From Polymyxa betae A26-41 (lineage: Eukaryota; Protista; Endomyxa: Phytomyxea): a DNA stretch of 64,000 nt. Below the pieces are notes generated by a model. The model searched no databases. It saw nothing but the letters and a program-made list of their open reading frames with translations, and was not told the origin of the DNA. The translations under genes and the position numbers were made by a program. The stretch spans positions 434,001 through 498,000 of the forward strand of contig RBZT01000125.1 in NCBI GenBank assembly GCA_003693705.1, read 5' to 3'. Shown one piece after another: positions 62,461 through 64,000 of this stretch (position 1 is the first letter of the stretch; each line of letters begins with the position of its first letter).

Positions 62461-64000
62461 ATGTCGTCACCCGAGGTGGCAATTGTAGCGCCAATGCACG
62501 ATGATGAAGTTGTCCTGTATCATCTGAATCGGGGCGGCTCCCAATACGATCCTGAGAGTCGACGCAGCTCTCGCCATGAATCGTTTCGCTTGAAAGACGT
62601 TCGGAAACAGCGCGCCAAACTCGATCAAGAAGCGTCATCCGTTCTGTCTCAAGCCGAAATTGAAAACGAATTTCATTCGGCCCGTAAAACTGAACATCGT
62701 CTATCTGTCAACGGAACCGAGAACATTCGCAACACGAAAGGGTTGACGACATCCGAGGCCGAAGATCTTTTGAAGAAATACGGCGCGAATGAATTAACGG
62801 AGAACAAGAAGTCAAGATGGAAGCTGTTGCTTGAGCAGTTTACAGGACCGATGCCGATCGGGATTTGGATCGGTATCGTCATCGAATTCTCGCTACAAAA
62901 CTTCCTCGATGCTGGCGTCTTATTGACCCTGCAGTTTCTGAACGGGTCCGTTGGATTTTTCGAGACCAACAAAGCCGATAATGCCATTGCGGCTTTAAAG
63001 GTCAAGAACGATTAGATGGAGTTTGCCAGATTGTTAAATTGTCCATTCAGGCGAGTCTTAAACCGCACGCTCAAGTTAAACGTGATGGTGGATGGAAGGT
63101 GATCGATGCGCGAGAATTAGTGCCCGGCGATTGTATCATGCTTGCAGCCGGGACTGCAGGTCGGTTGATAAGCCGTTTGGATGCTGTCTGAACTTGCTGA
63201 TAGTTCCCGCCGATTGTGTTATAAACGAGCACAGTGTGAGCATCGATCAAAGCTCGATCACGGGTGAATCGATTCCTGTTCGGAAAGTGGCCGGAGACCA
63301 GGCGTTTATGGGGTCGACTGTCTCTCGAGGGGAAGCTGAAGCTACTGTGTTCGCAACTGGTAGCCATACTGGCCCATAAGTGAGGCCTTTCTAAACTGAG
63401 TGATCATCCTTCAGGTATGTCAACAATTTACGGAAAGACTGCGGCGTTGCTGAAGCTCAACGAATCCGGCGGTCTGGGAAATCTCGACAAAATCATCCTG
63501 CGAATCGTTGCGAACTTATTGGTGCTGTCTGTGGCGTTATGCACAATCACATTGGTCTATCTGTTAGTTATGGGGCAGAATTTTCGTGAGGCGATCTCAT
63601 TTACAGTCGTCCTGCTGATTGCTTCTATCCCTGTCGCTATCGAAGTTGTCGTGACCGCCACTTTGGCGCTGGGATCGCGCGAATTATCCTCTCACAACGC
63701 GATCGTTGCAAATTTATCTGCGATTGAGAGATTAGCCGGAATGAGCATTCTATGTTCTGATAAGACCGGGACATTAACTCTGAATCAAATGAGAATTCAA
63801 GACGAATGCCCAGTATTTTATCCAAACTGCAATCGTGAACAGTTAATCCTTCATGCGGCGTTGGCCACCAAATGGAACGAACCAGCGAAAGATGCATTAG
63901 ATACAATGGTTAGTCTCGAAAGCTCTATCCGGATATCTGTCTTAGTTTCTTTCTAGGTGTTAAATGTCGCCAATTTAAATGAATGTGGCAAATATGTTCA
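62461..64000 (+). CDS. Plasma-membrane H+-ATPase (P3A), 5' part; runs off the window
   Basis: GLTTSEAEDLLKKYGANEL, GPMP, ELVPGD, DQSSITGES, LIASIPVA, AIERLAGMSILCSDKTGTLTLN. Confidence 0.95.

Overview
Eukaryotic nuclear DNA from a very compact, intron-rich genome. It uses the standard code, has mostly ~45-60 nt GT-AG introns and short intergenic spacers, and carries about 30 genes in 64 kb. The overall style plus a secreted CBM18 protein suggests a protist, plausibly a plasmodiophorid/phytomyxid; this is inference and was not verified. Recognisable housekeeping genes are MED13 (3' part), a DGK1/phytol-kinase-like gene, a NEK kinase, a mitochondrial citrate carrier, a MAP2K, a nucleostemin/GNL3 GTPase, GatA, C2CD5, TBC1D7-like, a two-pore-loop channel, an SLC35F5-like transporter, phosphoglucomutase, a RhoGEF, a GST, UGGT, Aquarius, UBE2J1, a dual-specificity phosphatase, a stand-alone zf-PARP protein, tRNA-Leu(CAA) and a P3A H+-ATPase (5' part). 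The standout is the spliced minus-strand gene at 47783-49693, which the ORF track fragments. It encodes a secreted protein with a histidine-brace LPMO-like domain, a hevein/CBM18 module, a bacterial-type cytochrome-c-like domain that keeps His and Met but lacks both CxxCH cysteines, and a second Cys-rich module. This suggests a chitin-oxidising enzyme carrying its own electron-donor domain. Other notable items: a KH-KH/degenerate PLD(Zucchini-like) fusion, a SAP domain inserted in Aquarius, a pair of diverged orphan type-I membrane paralogues, a hairpin in an unusually long intron, and an interstitial telomere-like tract. All gene models were assembled by eye and all family calls come from motif recognition; no searches were run.
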